From: Chitinophagaceae bacterium
GTDB lineage: Bacteria; Bacteroidota; Bacteroidia; Chitinophagales; Chitinophagaceae
Length of the DNA: 39,515 nucleotides
NCBI GenBank assembly: GCA_947483345.1
Contig: CANKNL010000001.1
Span: 1 to 39,515 of the forward strand
Reading direction: 5' to 3'
A model generated the notes under the pieces. The model saw only the letters and a list, made by a program, of their open reading frames with translations. It was not told the DNA's origin and did no database searches. How positions within the stretch are numbered: the first letter of the stretch is position 1; each line of letters starts with the position of its first letter. Shown piece after piece: positions 7,196-16,805 of this stretch. The translations under genes and the position numbers were made by a program.

Positions 7196-7340
7196 TTATT
7201 TAAAAAGATTCATGCCAGGTGCTGCAATGGTTTGGCATATCTACTTGCTGACGACGAATGACGAACACCTTTTTACCGGCTTTAACTACGGAGAGCTGAA
7301 CCGAATTAACAAATGATTATTCTCGTTCGAAGCGAATACT

Positions 7341-9323
7341 TTAAAATCTAATCCTTTGTATTCTTACTGCATTCAAGATTGCCAATAAGGCAACTCCGAC
7401 GTCCGCAATTACAGCCTCCCATAAAGTTGCTATCCCCCCGGCTCCAAGAATTAGTACTATTACTTTTATTACCATTGCTATTGTGATGTTTTGCCAAACT
7501 ATGCTCCTTGTTATTTTTCCGATCTTAATTGCTCTAACAATTTTTGATGGCTGGTCGTTTTGAATAACTATATCAGCGGTTTCAATAGTAGCATCGCTTC
7601 CCAGACCTCCCATTGCAATACCTGCATCAGCCAATGCAACAACCGGGGCATCGTTTACACCATCGCCAACGAATGCAATATGTTTCCCTGCATTTTTTAA
7701 TGCCTGTACCTTCTCAACTTTACCTTCCGGCAGCAAATCCCCATAAGCATTATCAATTCCCAAGGATTCTGCAACTTTTGAAACGACTGCTTGCTTATCA
7801 CCGGATAACATTACTGTTTGTATGTTTAGCTTATGCATTTCATCGATGGCCTGTTTTGCATCTTCTTTTATTTCATCAGCTATAGTTATATACCCGGCAT
7901 ATTTGTCATTAACAGCAATTACTACCACTGTGTCAACCAGGTTATCAATATCAGCCGGATATTCAATATTGAACTTCTTTAATAGTTTTGTATTACCTAC
8001 CAACAAATTCTTGCCTTCAACAGATCCTTTTAAACCATGCCCTGAAACTTCTTCAACATTATCTGCCATTACATTTTTAGCAATTTCTCCTGAATAATCA
8101 ACCACTGCTTTTGCAATTGGGTGAGTGGAATTATTCTCTAATGCTGCTGTTAGTTTAACTAATTCATCTTTCGCATATCCATTTGCAACTACTTCCTGTA
8201 CTTTAAAAACCCCTTTGGTAAGTGTACCGGTCTTATCCATTACTACCACATTCACTTTTGTAATTACATCCAGGAAATTGGAGCCTTTAAATAATATCCC
8301 GTTTTTAGATGCTAATCCAATACCACCAAAATATCCTAAAGGAATGGATACTACCAGGGCACAAGGGCAACTGATTACCAAGAACACCAATGCCCGGTAA
8401 AACCAAATATTGAAAATATAGGGTTGAGCAAAAAAGTAAGGAACTAAACATACTCCAATTGCCAGTGCAAAAACTATGGGCGTATAGATCTTTGCAAAGC
8501 GGCTTATGAATAATTGAGTCTGGGATTTTCTTGCTGTTGCATCCTGCACCATTTCCAATATCTTACTCAACTTGCTATCTTTAAAAAGTGCCTTTACTTT
8601 TATCTCGGAAACCTTGTCGAGATTGATCATCCCGGCAAGTACCTGCTCTCCCTTACGTTTTGTATCAGGCTTGCTTTCACCTGTAAGAGCCGCTGTGTTG
8701 AATGTTCCCGCTTCTGAATTTAATTCCCCATCCAGTGCTACTTTTTCACCTGCTTTTACCTGGATAATTTCATCTAACTGAATTTCGTTGGGGTGAGTAA
8801 CCTGTGCTGATCCATTTCTCAATACCGTTACCTCATCAGGGCGTACATCTAATAATGCCTTAATACTTCTTTTTGCTTTATTAACAGCTGAATCCTGGAA
8901 CCATTCGCCAATAGAATAAAATACCATTACCGCAACACCTTCACTGTATGAACCAATACTGAATGCACCAATGGTTGCTACACTCATTAAAAAGAACTCA
9001 TTAAAAAAGTCAAATCTTATGGCTTTGCGAAAAGCAAGGTTCAACACATTATAACCTGCCAGCAAATAAGCAATTATATAAATGATCAAGTCGAAAGGAA
9101 ATGCCGGATTGAATTTAAAGCCAAAGTTTAAAATCAACATCACTAACAAGATGGCCAGGGAACCTAATAAAGGCAAATGGGTTTTCCATCCTGTGGTATT
9201 TTCTTTTCCATGATCATGTCCATCATTTTCAACATGGTTGTGTTCATCAGTATTTTCAGGCTGATTTGAGTCCGTTTTTTTTGTTACCTCTTTTTCGTCT
9301 GTGTCGCAACATTCCTGTGCCAT
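7341..9323 (-). CDS. cadA: Zn/Cd/Pb-type heavy-metal P1B ATPase
   Basis: N-terminal CC and His tract, TGES, SCPC, DKTGT, HP, GDGVND; likely start MAQECC at 9323. Confidence 0.95.
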   Translation of the reverse strand: MAQECCDTDEKEVTKKTDSNQPENTDEHNHVENDGHDHGKENTTGWKTHLPLLGSLAILLVMLILNFGFKFNPAFPFDLIIYIIAYLLAGYNVLNLAFRKAIRFDFFNEFFLMSVATIGAFSIGSYSEGVAVMVFYSIGEWFQDSAVNKAKRSIKALLDVRPDEVTVLRNGSAQVTHPNEIQLDEIIQVKAGEKVALDGELNSEAGTFNTAALTGESKPDTKRKGEQVLAGMINLDKVSEIKVKALFKDSKLSKILEMVQDATARKSQTQLFISRFAKIYTPIVFALAIGVCLVPYFFAQPYIFNIWFYRALVFLVISCPCALVVSIPLGYFGGIGLASKNGILFKGSNFLDVITKVNVVVMDKTGTLTKGVFKVQEVVANGYAKDELVKLTAALENNSTHPIAKAVVDYSGEIAKNVMADNVEEVSGHGLKGSVEGKNLLVGNTKLLKKFNIEYPADIDNLVDTVVVIAVNDKYAGYITIADEIKEDAKQAIDEMHKLNIQTVMLSGDKQAVVSKVAESLGIDNAYGDLLPEGKVEKVQALKNAGKHIAFVGDGVNDAPVVALADAGIAMGGLGSDATIETADIVIQNDQPSKIVRAIKIGKITRSIVWQNITIAMVIKVIVLILGAGGIATLWEAVIADVGVALLAILNAVRIQRIRF

Positions 9324-9334
9324 ATAAATTATTT

Positions 9335-9949
9335 TTATGAAATAAAAAATGATATAATACCTGTGATTACCAAAGTCCATCCTGTTATTATTCCTGACTT
9401 GTGTTCAAGATTGTGCCAATTCAATTTTAATATCCCTTTATAAGCAAGCCTCACCCATATTAACATGCCGGTAACGGATATGAAAAGATATAATGCTGAA
9501 ATACCTGTAACAGCCCAAAAACCGTGTGTCCCAGCCAACAGGAAATATGCTTCTATTTCCAAACAGGGTGATAAAAACATGCCTACTACCAAAGCCACTA
9601 TGATCTTTTTTTTAGCTAGTGTGGGCTTGGGTACCTGATGTAAGTGAAAATGCTTATGCCGGTGATGCTGATATATAAAGAATGTGCCAATTAGAATTAA
9701 GATAGCTGGGGCAATAAAATGGGTAAAATGTTGAATTATATTTGCAAGCTGCAGCCCTAAAAAAGCCAAACTAATGCCAATTACGATAGTGCTTAAAGCA
9801 TGCGCCAATCCTGAAATAAATGTTACTTTAGTTATTTCCTGTAATGTCCAGTTATCTTTTTTGCCAATAGTTAATACGGGCAGCCAATGACTAGGAATCA
9901 CAGCATGTAACAGGCTTAATAAAAGGCTCCCTATGATTATACTGTACAT
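9335..9949 (-). CDS. Ni/Co permease-like membrane protein (RcnA/NiCoT-like)
   Basis: LLHAVIPSHW, AHALST, His-rich loop HHRHKHFHLH, SPCLE, about six TM segments. Confidence 0.7.
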   Translation of the reverse strand: MYSIIIGSLLLSLLHAVIPSHWLPVLTIGKKDNWTLQEITKVTFISGLAHALSTIVIGISLAFLGLQLANIIQHFTHFIAPAILILIGTFFIYQHHRHKHFHLHQVPKPTLAKKKIIVALVVGMFLSPCLEIEAYFLLAGTHGFWAVTGISALYLFISVTGMLIWVRLAYKGILKLNWHNLEHKSGIITGWTLVITGIISFFIS

Positions 9950-10029
9950 TAACTTGTATTTCTGAATAGTTAGTTAAATAAGAAATTATTGAATCTTCGA
10001 GCCGGAAAACTGTTTATTTTTTTGTATCA

Positions 10030-10221
10030 TTAAATTCTTCCCTTATTATTTTTTCGCCTGACAATCAGCATTAAAAGGTAGCCAAAAAGTAATGCAGCAG
10101 CAACAATGTTTATAAAGATTGCAAAGGCTGACCTAAAGAAATCTGTATTAAACAATGAGTAAATATTTACGGCAATAGCCATAAACAAAATATTATACAT
10201 TGAATAGAACAATAGTTTCAC
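10030..10221 (-). CDS. Small two-TM hypothetical protein
   Basis: 63 aa, two hydrophobic stretches and a basic tail; co-oriented with the operon. Confidence 0.5.
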   Translation of the reverse strand: MKLLFYSMYNILFMAIAVNIYSLFNTDFFRSAFAIFINIVAAALLFGYLLMLIVRRKNNKGRI

Positions 10222-10351
10222 AATTCAAGTATTTATAATTCACTGGCCTACTTAATAAAAGGTTTATCTATTCCTTTTCCAATTGGCGGGTGTAAACCCT
10301 GCCCCCATGATTTCGCTTAACCGAAAAAAGAGAACAGGGCCTCACCCATGT

Positions 10352-11590
10352 TTATTGATTTAATCCTGACAAATACTGTATGCGCAAAACAGATTGATTC
10401 AGGTCATTAATAGCATTCAAATACTCTGAACGTATATCCCTGGAGGTTTTTAATGCCTGCAGAAATTCCACGTAACCGATCTCGCCATTTTTAAACCCAA
10501 TTTGTGCCTGCCTCAAAATGAGATTACCATTTACCAATGCACTTTTCTCGTAATAAGAAATGTTCTTTACATCTTTCATATAGTCCTGAAGAGCCTGCTG
10601 ATATTGCCCTTTAAGATTTAATAAAAACAATTGATATTTTGTTTCAGCAATCTGCTTGTCAACTTTTGCCGCTTTGATCCTTCCTGCATATGGCTTATAA
10701 AAAATGGGAATCGACATTCCAATTGCTCCGCCCTGGAAACGATGGCCTGCGCCGAAAGATTTCGCAACACCATTTACCTCCTGGGTACCAATAATTGACT
10801 GATTAAAATAGCTTATCGAAAAATCGGGTTTACCCCTGGCTTTTTCAACCCCAATAGCCCTATCAGCAATTTTAATTTGCTGTTGCATATAAGCCAGTTC
10901 GGGATTTTTATTTTGAATGCTGTCCATCATTTCTGCAGTAATGGATAACTTATCTAAGGTGTCGATAAGAACATTGGGTTGCATGACCGAGTTCATGTAT
11001 GTAGCCAATTGATTACGGGCAATAAGGATATCAGTTTCATTTTGCTGGATCCGATTACGTATCTCATTCAATTGAGTTTCAGCAGTTGTTTTTTCCAGCA
11101 GATTCGCTTCGCCGGCTTTAAAACGCAATTCCGACGCCCTGAAAAAACCGGCAAATAAAGTGTCCTGGCTTTGCAGCAGTTTTTTTACTGCTTCATAATA
11201 TGACAACTGGTAGTAGACAGTTTTTACCTGGTACAGCAATTCGTTTTGGGTAATTGCAAGATTAAGCTGACTGCCTTTTGCCCGTTCATTGTAATATGCT
11301 TTTTGATTTTTAAATAGCGACGGATTGGGAATCGGCTGTTCGATGCTAAAGTACGTATCAGCCTTAATGCTGTTAGCCTGTCCATATTGCAACCCTATAT
11401 TTGTTTTCCCAAAATCCCGATAGGTAGAACCAAGGATACGCTGCTGATCAATTTCCAAATTAGAGGAAAGGATGCCGGGGTTATTTTTCAATGCCGTGCC
11501 TATTCCCTGCTGGATCGTTAATACGGGAATTTGAGCATACGCTCTTTGCACTGCTAATAAAAAAATGATGAATAAGATTCTCTGTGCCAT
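10352..11590 (-). CDS. TolC/CzcC-family outer membrane efflux protein
   Basis: Signal peptide, ALKNNP start, RFKAGEANLLE and FKNGEIGYVE repeats. Confidence 0.92.
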   Translation of the reverse strand: MAQRILFIIFLLAVQRAYAQIPVLTIQQGIGTALKNNPGILSSNLEIDQQRILGSTYRDFGKTNIGLQYGQANSIKADTYFSIEQPIPNPSLFKNQKAYYNERAKGSQLNLAITQNELLYQVKTVYYQLSYYEAVKKLLQSQDTLFAGFFRASELRFKAGEANLLEKTTAETQLNEIRNRIQQNETDILIARNQLATYMNSVMQPNVLIDTLDKLSITAEMMDSIQNKNPELAYMQQQIKIADRAIGVEKARGKPDFSISYFNQSIIGTQEVNGVAKSFGAGHRFQGGAIGMSIPIFYKPYAGRIKAAKVDKQIAETKYQLFLLNLKGQYQQALQDYMKDVKNISYYEKSALVNGNLILRQAQIGFKNGEIGYVEFLQALKTSRDIRSEYLNAINDLNQSVLRIQYLSGLNQ

Positions 11591-11620
11591 GTGATTCTTG
11601 TTTTTCTTTAAATATTAAAA

Positions 11621-12883
11621 TTATTCTTCCTCTCCCGCATTAGTAAGTATTGCCATGAGATAAAATGATCCATTGGTGACTACTAATGACTTCTCCGGTA
11701 TATTTTCCAATGGAGTAACTTCGGTGTACCCTCCGCTGGTAATTCCTTTTTTAACCCTGATTCTTTCAAATTTATATGATGATTCATTTCCCTTTTGGGG
11801 TTTACCAGGCAGGCTGTCTTGTTTTTGAATAAAAATATAATCGGTACCGCTGTAACTGACCACCGCATTTGAAAGAACAGCCGTAGTTAAGTTATCTCCG
11901 ATGTTTATGAGCCCGATCACATTCATCCCTTCTATGAGTTCTCCGATGTATCCTTTGATTTCTGCATGAATAGGGATTGTTTTTGTTTCGTTTTCAAATG
12001 CACTTCCGATAGAATAGATCTTTGCGGTGAAATTTTTGCCGGGGAGATTGATGAGCGTAAAATCAACATTCTGATTAACTTTTACTTTTTGCAGATCCTG
12101 TTCATACACAAAAAGGTCAAGATGCAAATGAGAATTGTCGACAACTTGCATTAATGCTGTAGATGGATCTACTGTTAAACCAAGGTTTACATTGATCTTT
12201 GCAATATTTCCGTTTATGGGGCTTTTGATGATAATAACCGATGACATATTTTCGGTTGAAATACTTGATGCATTAATTCCAATTAAACTAAACTGGCTTT
12301 TAAGCGAGCTGACTTTTGCTTCCAACGATCTAAAATTTGAAGTTGCCTCTTGTAAAACCCTTTGTGCGCTGACATTTTCTTTTGCAAGTTCCTGCTGCCG
12401 AATGTAATTAGCCTTAGCTAAAGTCAGCTGCGCCTGGGTTTCCAGGTAATCCTGCTTCATTTTTACGAATTCGGGGTTAATGATCGTTGCCAGGGTTTGA
12501 CCTTGTTTTACATTATCGCCTTCCTGCACATTAATGGATTTGATCGTACCGCCTAATGGCGAGGTGATAGTTGCCTTACTCTGAGGCGGTACACTTAAAT
12601 TTCCAGTAGCTTTTAATACGTTGGCAAGATTTTTTTGCTCAAAGCCGCTTAACTGGACATTTATTGCTGCGTATTGCTTCTGAGATATTTCCACTTCCTT
12701 TGAACCTTCTGCGGAGGTTTGTTCGGTAGTGGATACTGAAACAGAATCCTTTTTAGTAACTGTTTCTCTGGCTGAATCGGATTTTGAACTGCAGGAAGTG
12801 ATAAACAATAAAAGTGTCGCCAAAGCAATTATTGCAACAGGCTTGTTTATGATTTTTGATTTAATGCTCTTTATAAATTCCAT
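11621..12883 (-). CDS. RND periplasmic adaptor (CzcB/CusB-like lipoprotein)
   Basis: Lipobox ITSC, lipoyl half-motifs GDNVKQGQTL and IKSPING. Confidence 0.92.
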   Translation of the reverse strand: MEFIKSIKSKIINKPVAIIALATLLLFITSCSSKSDSARETVTKKDSVSVSTTEQTSAEGSKEVEISQKQYAAINVQLSGFEQKNLANVLKATGNLSVPPQSKATITSPLGGTIKSINVQEGDNVKQGQTLATIINPEFVKMKQDYLETQAQLTLAKANYIRQQELAKENVSAQRVLQEATSNFRSLEAKVSSLKSQFSLIGINASSISTENMSSVIIIKSPINGNIAKINVNLGLTVDPSTALMQVVDNSHLHLDLFVYEQDLQKVKVNQNVDFTLINLPGKNFTAKIYSIGSAFENETKTIPIHAEIKGYIGELIEGMNVIGLINIGDNLTTAVLSNAVVSYSGTDYIFIQKQDSLPGKPQKGNESSYKFERIRVKKGITSGGYTEVTPLENIPEKSLVVTNGSFYLMAILTNAGEEE

Positions 12884-12894
12884 TATTGTCTGTT

Positions 12895-15800
12895 TTAAAT
12901 TGATTTATTTTCTGTTTCTATTTCTTTGTTACCTGTATTTTTCTTCTTTTTACCAGCAAATAAGATATACAGTGCAGGCAATACGATTAACGTCAATGCC
13001 GTAGCCGAGAATATCCCACCAATAACAACCGTGGCGAGTGGACGCTGCACTTCTGCACCTTGTGATGTTGCCAGGGCCATAGGTAGAAAACCAAATGCGG
13101 CAAGAAAGGATGCCATCAATACCGGGCGCAAAATGGCCCGTGTTCCATGTATCACCCGCTCTTTTGCATCTGCCATTCCGGCTTTTTCAAGCTTATTAAA
13201 ATAATTAACAAGCACAATACCGAATAATACCGCCACACCGAATAGGGCGATGAACCCGACCCCCGCACTGATACTAAAATTTAACCCACGCATCCATAGC
13301 GCAAACACACCTCCAATCGCAGAAAATGGAATTGCCGTATAAATGAGAAGAGCTTGCTTGGCAGAATTGAAGGCGGCATATAATAAAAGGAAAATCAAAG
13401 CGAGTGCTACGGGCACGGCAATTTTCAGGCGATTGGTTGCTTCAACCAGGTTCTCAAACTGGCCTCCATAAGTGTAATAATATCCCGGAGGCAGTTTAAC
13501 CTGGGCATCCAGTTTTTTTGATATTTCATCCACTACGGATTTCACATCCCGCCCCCGTACGTTAATACCTATTACGATTCTCCTTTTCGCATCTTCACGG
13601 CTGATCTGGGCAGGTCCGTTAACATAATCAATTGTGGCTACCTGTTGTAAGGGAATTTGCCCGCCACTGGGCAGGGGGACAAAAAGGTAACGAACATCTT
13701 CGATATCCTGGCGGGACGACTCTTTTAAGCGCACGACCAGGTCAAATTTCCGTTCGTTTTCAAAAACTATACCCGCACTTTGACCAGCAAAAGCCGTGCG
13801 TATGATGGTATTTAGATCCTTAACATTAAGACTGTATTGCGCAATCCGGTCACGATTATATGATACGGTTATCTGCGGTAAGCCGGTCACCTTTTCTACC
13901 TGTGGTGAAGCGGCTCCGTTGACCGTTTCGATGATTTTGGCGGTTTTGTCTGCATAAAAAGCAAGTGAGTCAATATTTTCACCAAAGATCTTTACAGCGA
14001 TATCCTGTTTTACCCCGGTCATTAGCTCATTGAATCGCATTTGAATTGGCTGTGAAGCTTCAAAAAATATTCCCGGCATTACCCGCAATGCACTGAGCAT
14101 CGTATCTTGCAAAGATTCCCTGCTATGTGCTGTTGTCCATTCCTTCTGATCTTTCAGAATAATAGTAATATCGCTTGCTTCCGGCGGCATGGGATCGGTA
14201 GGTATTTCCGCACTTCCCGTTTTGCTAACAACTTCTTTCACTTCCGGGAAACGTTTTAAAATTGTTTCTACCTGTTTGTTATTATCAAGGCTTTGCGATA
14301 AAGAAGAGCCTTGCGGTAAAATAGAACTGAAAGTAAAATCCCCTTCTTCAAGTGTGGGGATGAATTCACTTCCCAATCTTGAAAAAACAAACACAGTTGC
14401 GATCAGGAAAATAACTGCTATTCCTATAACTGCAAACTTTCTTTTAACTGCAAAGTTGATAAGCGGTTTGTACCCTCTCTGGAAAAAATCCATTATCCGG
14501 TCGCTGATATTCTTTTTATGAGTTGTTTTCCGGCTGAGTAACAATGAACTCATCATTGGGATATAGGTGAGTGATAGAATCAATGCGCCAATTACTGCAA
14601 ATGATACTGTCATAGCCATTGGCCCGAACATCTTGCCTTCAACTCCTACCAATGTCAGAATTGGTATGTAAACTATCAAAATAATAAACTGGCCAAATGT
14701 TGAACTGTTTGCTACTCCTGCCGCTGACTCAAACACTTCACTGTTCATTTGATCCCTGTTCAAAATACTTACTCCTTTGTGATGCCTGTGGCTTTGTGTG
14801 ATTCTATGAAGAACTGCTTCTACAATGATCACAGCTCCATCTACGATCAATCCAAAATCCAGCGCACCCAGAGACATGAGGTTGCCCGAGACGCCAAACC
14901 AGTTCATTAATATCACAGCAAACAGCATTGATAATGGGATCAACGATGCTACTAAAATACCGGCGCGTAAATTGCCCAGGAATACAACTAAAACGAAAAT
15001 TACTATCAAAGCGCCTTCAAGGAGGTTATGCTCAACGGTATCGATACTTTTATTAACCAGTACTGTACGATCAAGATAAGGTTCTACCTTAACGCCTTCA
15101 GGCAATGATTTTTGAATATCAGGAAGTTTATTCTTTACTGCTTCAACAACATTGGCGCTATTTGAGCCTTTTAGCATCATTACAACACCGCCAACTACTT
15201 CGCCTTCACCATTACGTGTCATGGCTCCGTAACGGATAGCGCTGCCAAACTGGACAATTGCTACATCACGAATCAATACGGGTGTACCGTTGGGATTCGT
15301 TTTTACTACTATTTTACCAATATCTTCTAAAGAAGAAACCAGACCTAATCCGCGAATGAAATAGGCGTTGGGTTTCTTATCAATATAAGCACCCCCTGTA
15401 TTTTCATTATTTTTTTCCAAGGCATCAAATACCTGTGGTATAGTTATATCCATGCTTTTGAGCCTCACCGGATCTATGGCTACCTCATATTGCTTTAATA
15501 AGCCCCCAAAACTATTAACCTCTGCAACGCCGGGAGTACCCAGTATCCGCCTGGCTACAATCCAGTCCTGGAATGTTCGCAGATCAGATGCACTGTACTT
15601 ATTTTCATAGCCCTTTTCGGGGCGCAGGACATACTGATATATTTCTCCCAGTCCTGTACTAACAGGCGCAAGTTCCGGCGTTCCGGCCCCCGGAGGAATT
15701 TCGCCTTCGGCTTCTTTCATTCTCTGGTCAACAAGCTGACGGGCAAAATAAATGTCAACATTGTCTTTAAACACAATGGTAATCACTGATAAGCCGAAGC

Positions 15801-16059
15801 GACTTATACTCCGGATCTCAACCAGGTCAGGCAGAGTTGCCATGCTACGTTCGATGGGAGCGGTTACAAATTGTTCTACTTCCTGAGAAGCAAGAGTAGG
15901 ACTTGTTGTGATAACCTGTACCTGGTTATTTGTGATATCAGGCACAGCATCTATCGGCAATTTGGAAAGAGAAAAAACACCTCCTATTATCAGGGCCAGC
16001 GTTAAAATCCCGATAATCAATTTATTTTTAATAGAAAACAGAATTATTTTATTGAGCAT
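12895..16059 (-). CDS. czcA: CusA/CzcA family heavy-metal RND transporter
   Basis: 1054 aa; LPIDAVPDIT, GNLMSLGALDFGLIVDG, LRPVLM, GAEVQRPLATVVIGG. Confidence 0.95.
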   Translation of the reverse strand: MLNKIILFSIKNKLIIGILTLALIIGGVFSLSKLPIDAVPDITNNQVQVITTSPTLASQEVEQFVTAPIERSMATLPDLVEIRSISRFGLSVITIVFKDNVDIYFARQLVDQRMKEAEGEIPPGAGTPELAPVSTGLGEIYQYVLRPEKGYENKYSASDLRTFQDWIVARRILGTPGVAEVNSFGGLLKQYEVAIDPVRLKSMDITIPQVFDALEKNNENTGGAYIDKKPNAYFIRGLGLVSSLEDIGKIVVKTNPNGTPVLIRDVAIVQFGSAIRYGAMTRNGEGEVVGGVVMMLKGSNSANVVEAVKNKLPDIQKSLPEGVKVEPYLDRTVLVNKSIDTVEHNLLEGALIVIFVLVVFLGNLRAGILVASLIPLSMLFAVILMNWFGVSGNLMSLGALDFGLIVDGAVIIVEAVLHRITQSHRHHKGVSILNRDQMNSEVFESAAGVANSSTFGQFIILIVYIPILTLVGVEGKMFGPMAMTVSFAVIGALILSLTYIPMMSSLLLSRKTTHKKNISDRIMDFFQRGYKPLINFAVKRKFAVIGIAVIFLIATVFVFSRLGSEFIPTLEEGDFTFSSILPQGSSLSQSLDNNKQVETILKRFPEVKEVVSKTGSAEIPTDPMPPEASDITIILKDQKEWTTAHSRESLQDTMLSALRVMPGIFFEASQPIQMRFNELMTGVKQDIAVKIFGENIDSLAFYADKTAKIIETVNGAASPQVEKVTGLPQITVSYNRDRIAQYSLNVKDLNTIIRTAFAGQSAGIVFENERKFDLVVRLKESSRQDIEDVRYLFVPLPSGGQIPLQQVATIDYVNGPAQISREDAKRRIVIGINVRGRDVKSVVDEISKKLDAQVKLPPGYYYTYGGQFENLVEATNRLKIAVPVALALIFLLLYAAFNSAKQALLIYTAIPFSAIGGVFALWMRGLNFSISAGVGFIALFGVAVLFGIVLVNYFNKLEKAGMADAKERVIHGTRAILRPVLMASFLAAFGFLPMALATSQGAEVQRPLATVVIGGIFSATALTLIVLPALYILFAGKKKKNTGNKEIETENKSI

Positions 16060-16064
16060 AATTT

Positions 16065-16244
16065 TTAATGTTTTGTAACAAGCCTATAGTATTTTATCAT
16101 TATACCCGCTATAGCAAACAGCATTAAAACAGACATCACAACTATTGTAATTATCTTGGTAACCTGCATCCATTTAGGTTTTACAGGTCTTTTTATTTTG
16201 CTGTAATCTTTTTTGCTAGGGGCCGATGACTTTGATTTAGTCAT
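16065..16244 (-). CDS. 59-aa single-pass membrane protein (absent from the ORF track)
   Basis: Hand translation MTKSKSSAPSKKDYSKIKRPVKPKWMQVTKIITIVVMSVLMLFAIAGIMIKYYRLVTKH; stop 5 nt before the czcA ATG. Confidence 0.65.
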   Translation of the reverse strand: MTKSKSSAPSKKDYSKIKRPVKPKWMQVTKIITIVVMSVLMLFAIAGIMIKYYRLVTKH

Positions 16245-16305
16245 AACCTCATTTTTGTAAATAAGAAAAATCAGACGTGCAGGTAAAGCACTGCAGAAAA
16301 AGGTA

Positions 16306-16626
16306 TTAACAAGCTAATTGTGGAGGTTGCCAAATGGGCAAAGAGATTTCAATAACTGAAGAAGGGAGATGAACTGCATACAATTTTGTTGAAGCATGGA
16401 CTGTATGTTCTATTTTGATATCCGTAGCTTTATATGTAAAGCCTGCGCAACAGTTACAGGTACAAAAAGGAGAGCAATTATCAGTGTTGGTATGATGTTG
16501 TGAATTATCAGATTTTGATATTACTGTTTTCACATTTGCGTTGCCCATAGAATTATCAAAATCCATACATTGTATGCAGCTAAGCGTCAATACTATAACA
16601 GCCATTATGAAAGCGAGAATTTTCAT
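16306..16626 (-). CDS. DUF6660 family protein
   Basis: LSC..C.D...HH..DNCSPFCTCNCC...IWQPP; typical upstream of Bacteroidota czcA. Confidence 0.85.
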   Translation of the reverse strand: MKILAFIMAVIVLTLSCIQCMDFDNSMGNANVKTVISKSDNSQHHTNTDNCSPFCTCNCCAGFTYKATDIKIEHTVHASTKLYAVHLPSSVIEISLPIWQPPQLAC

Positions 16627-16805
16627 TGGGTGCGAATATAACGGATTATGTTGCAAATTTCGTATTCCAGGGGTTATTAAAATGGCCATATTGTTGCATT
16701 TACAGTAATTTTTCTGATTTCGTAAAGCATAAAAGTCTGATCATATTCCTGAACGAAAAACTATAACACTCAGTTTTATTGTTTGATAAATCTATGGTAT
16801 TAAGT

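Noticed and set aside
7212-7318. Short plus-strand ORF (MPGAAMVWHIYLL...)
   Set aside because: Only about 35 codons with no paralogue, motif or coupling evidence
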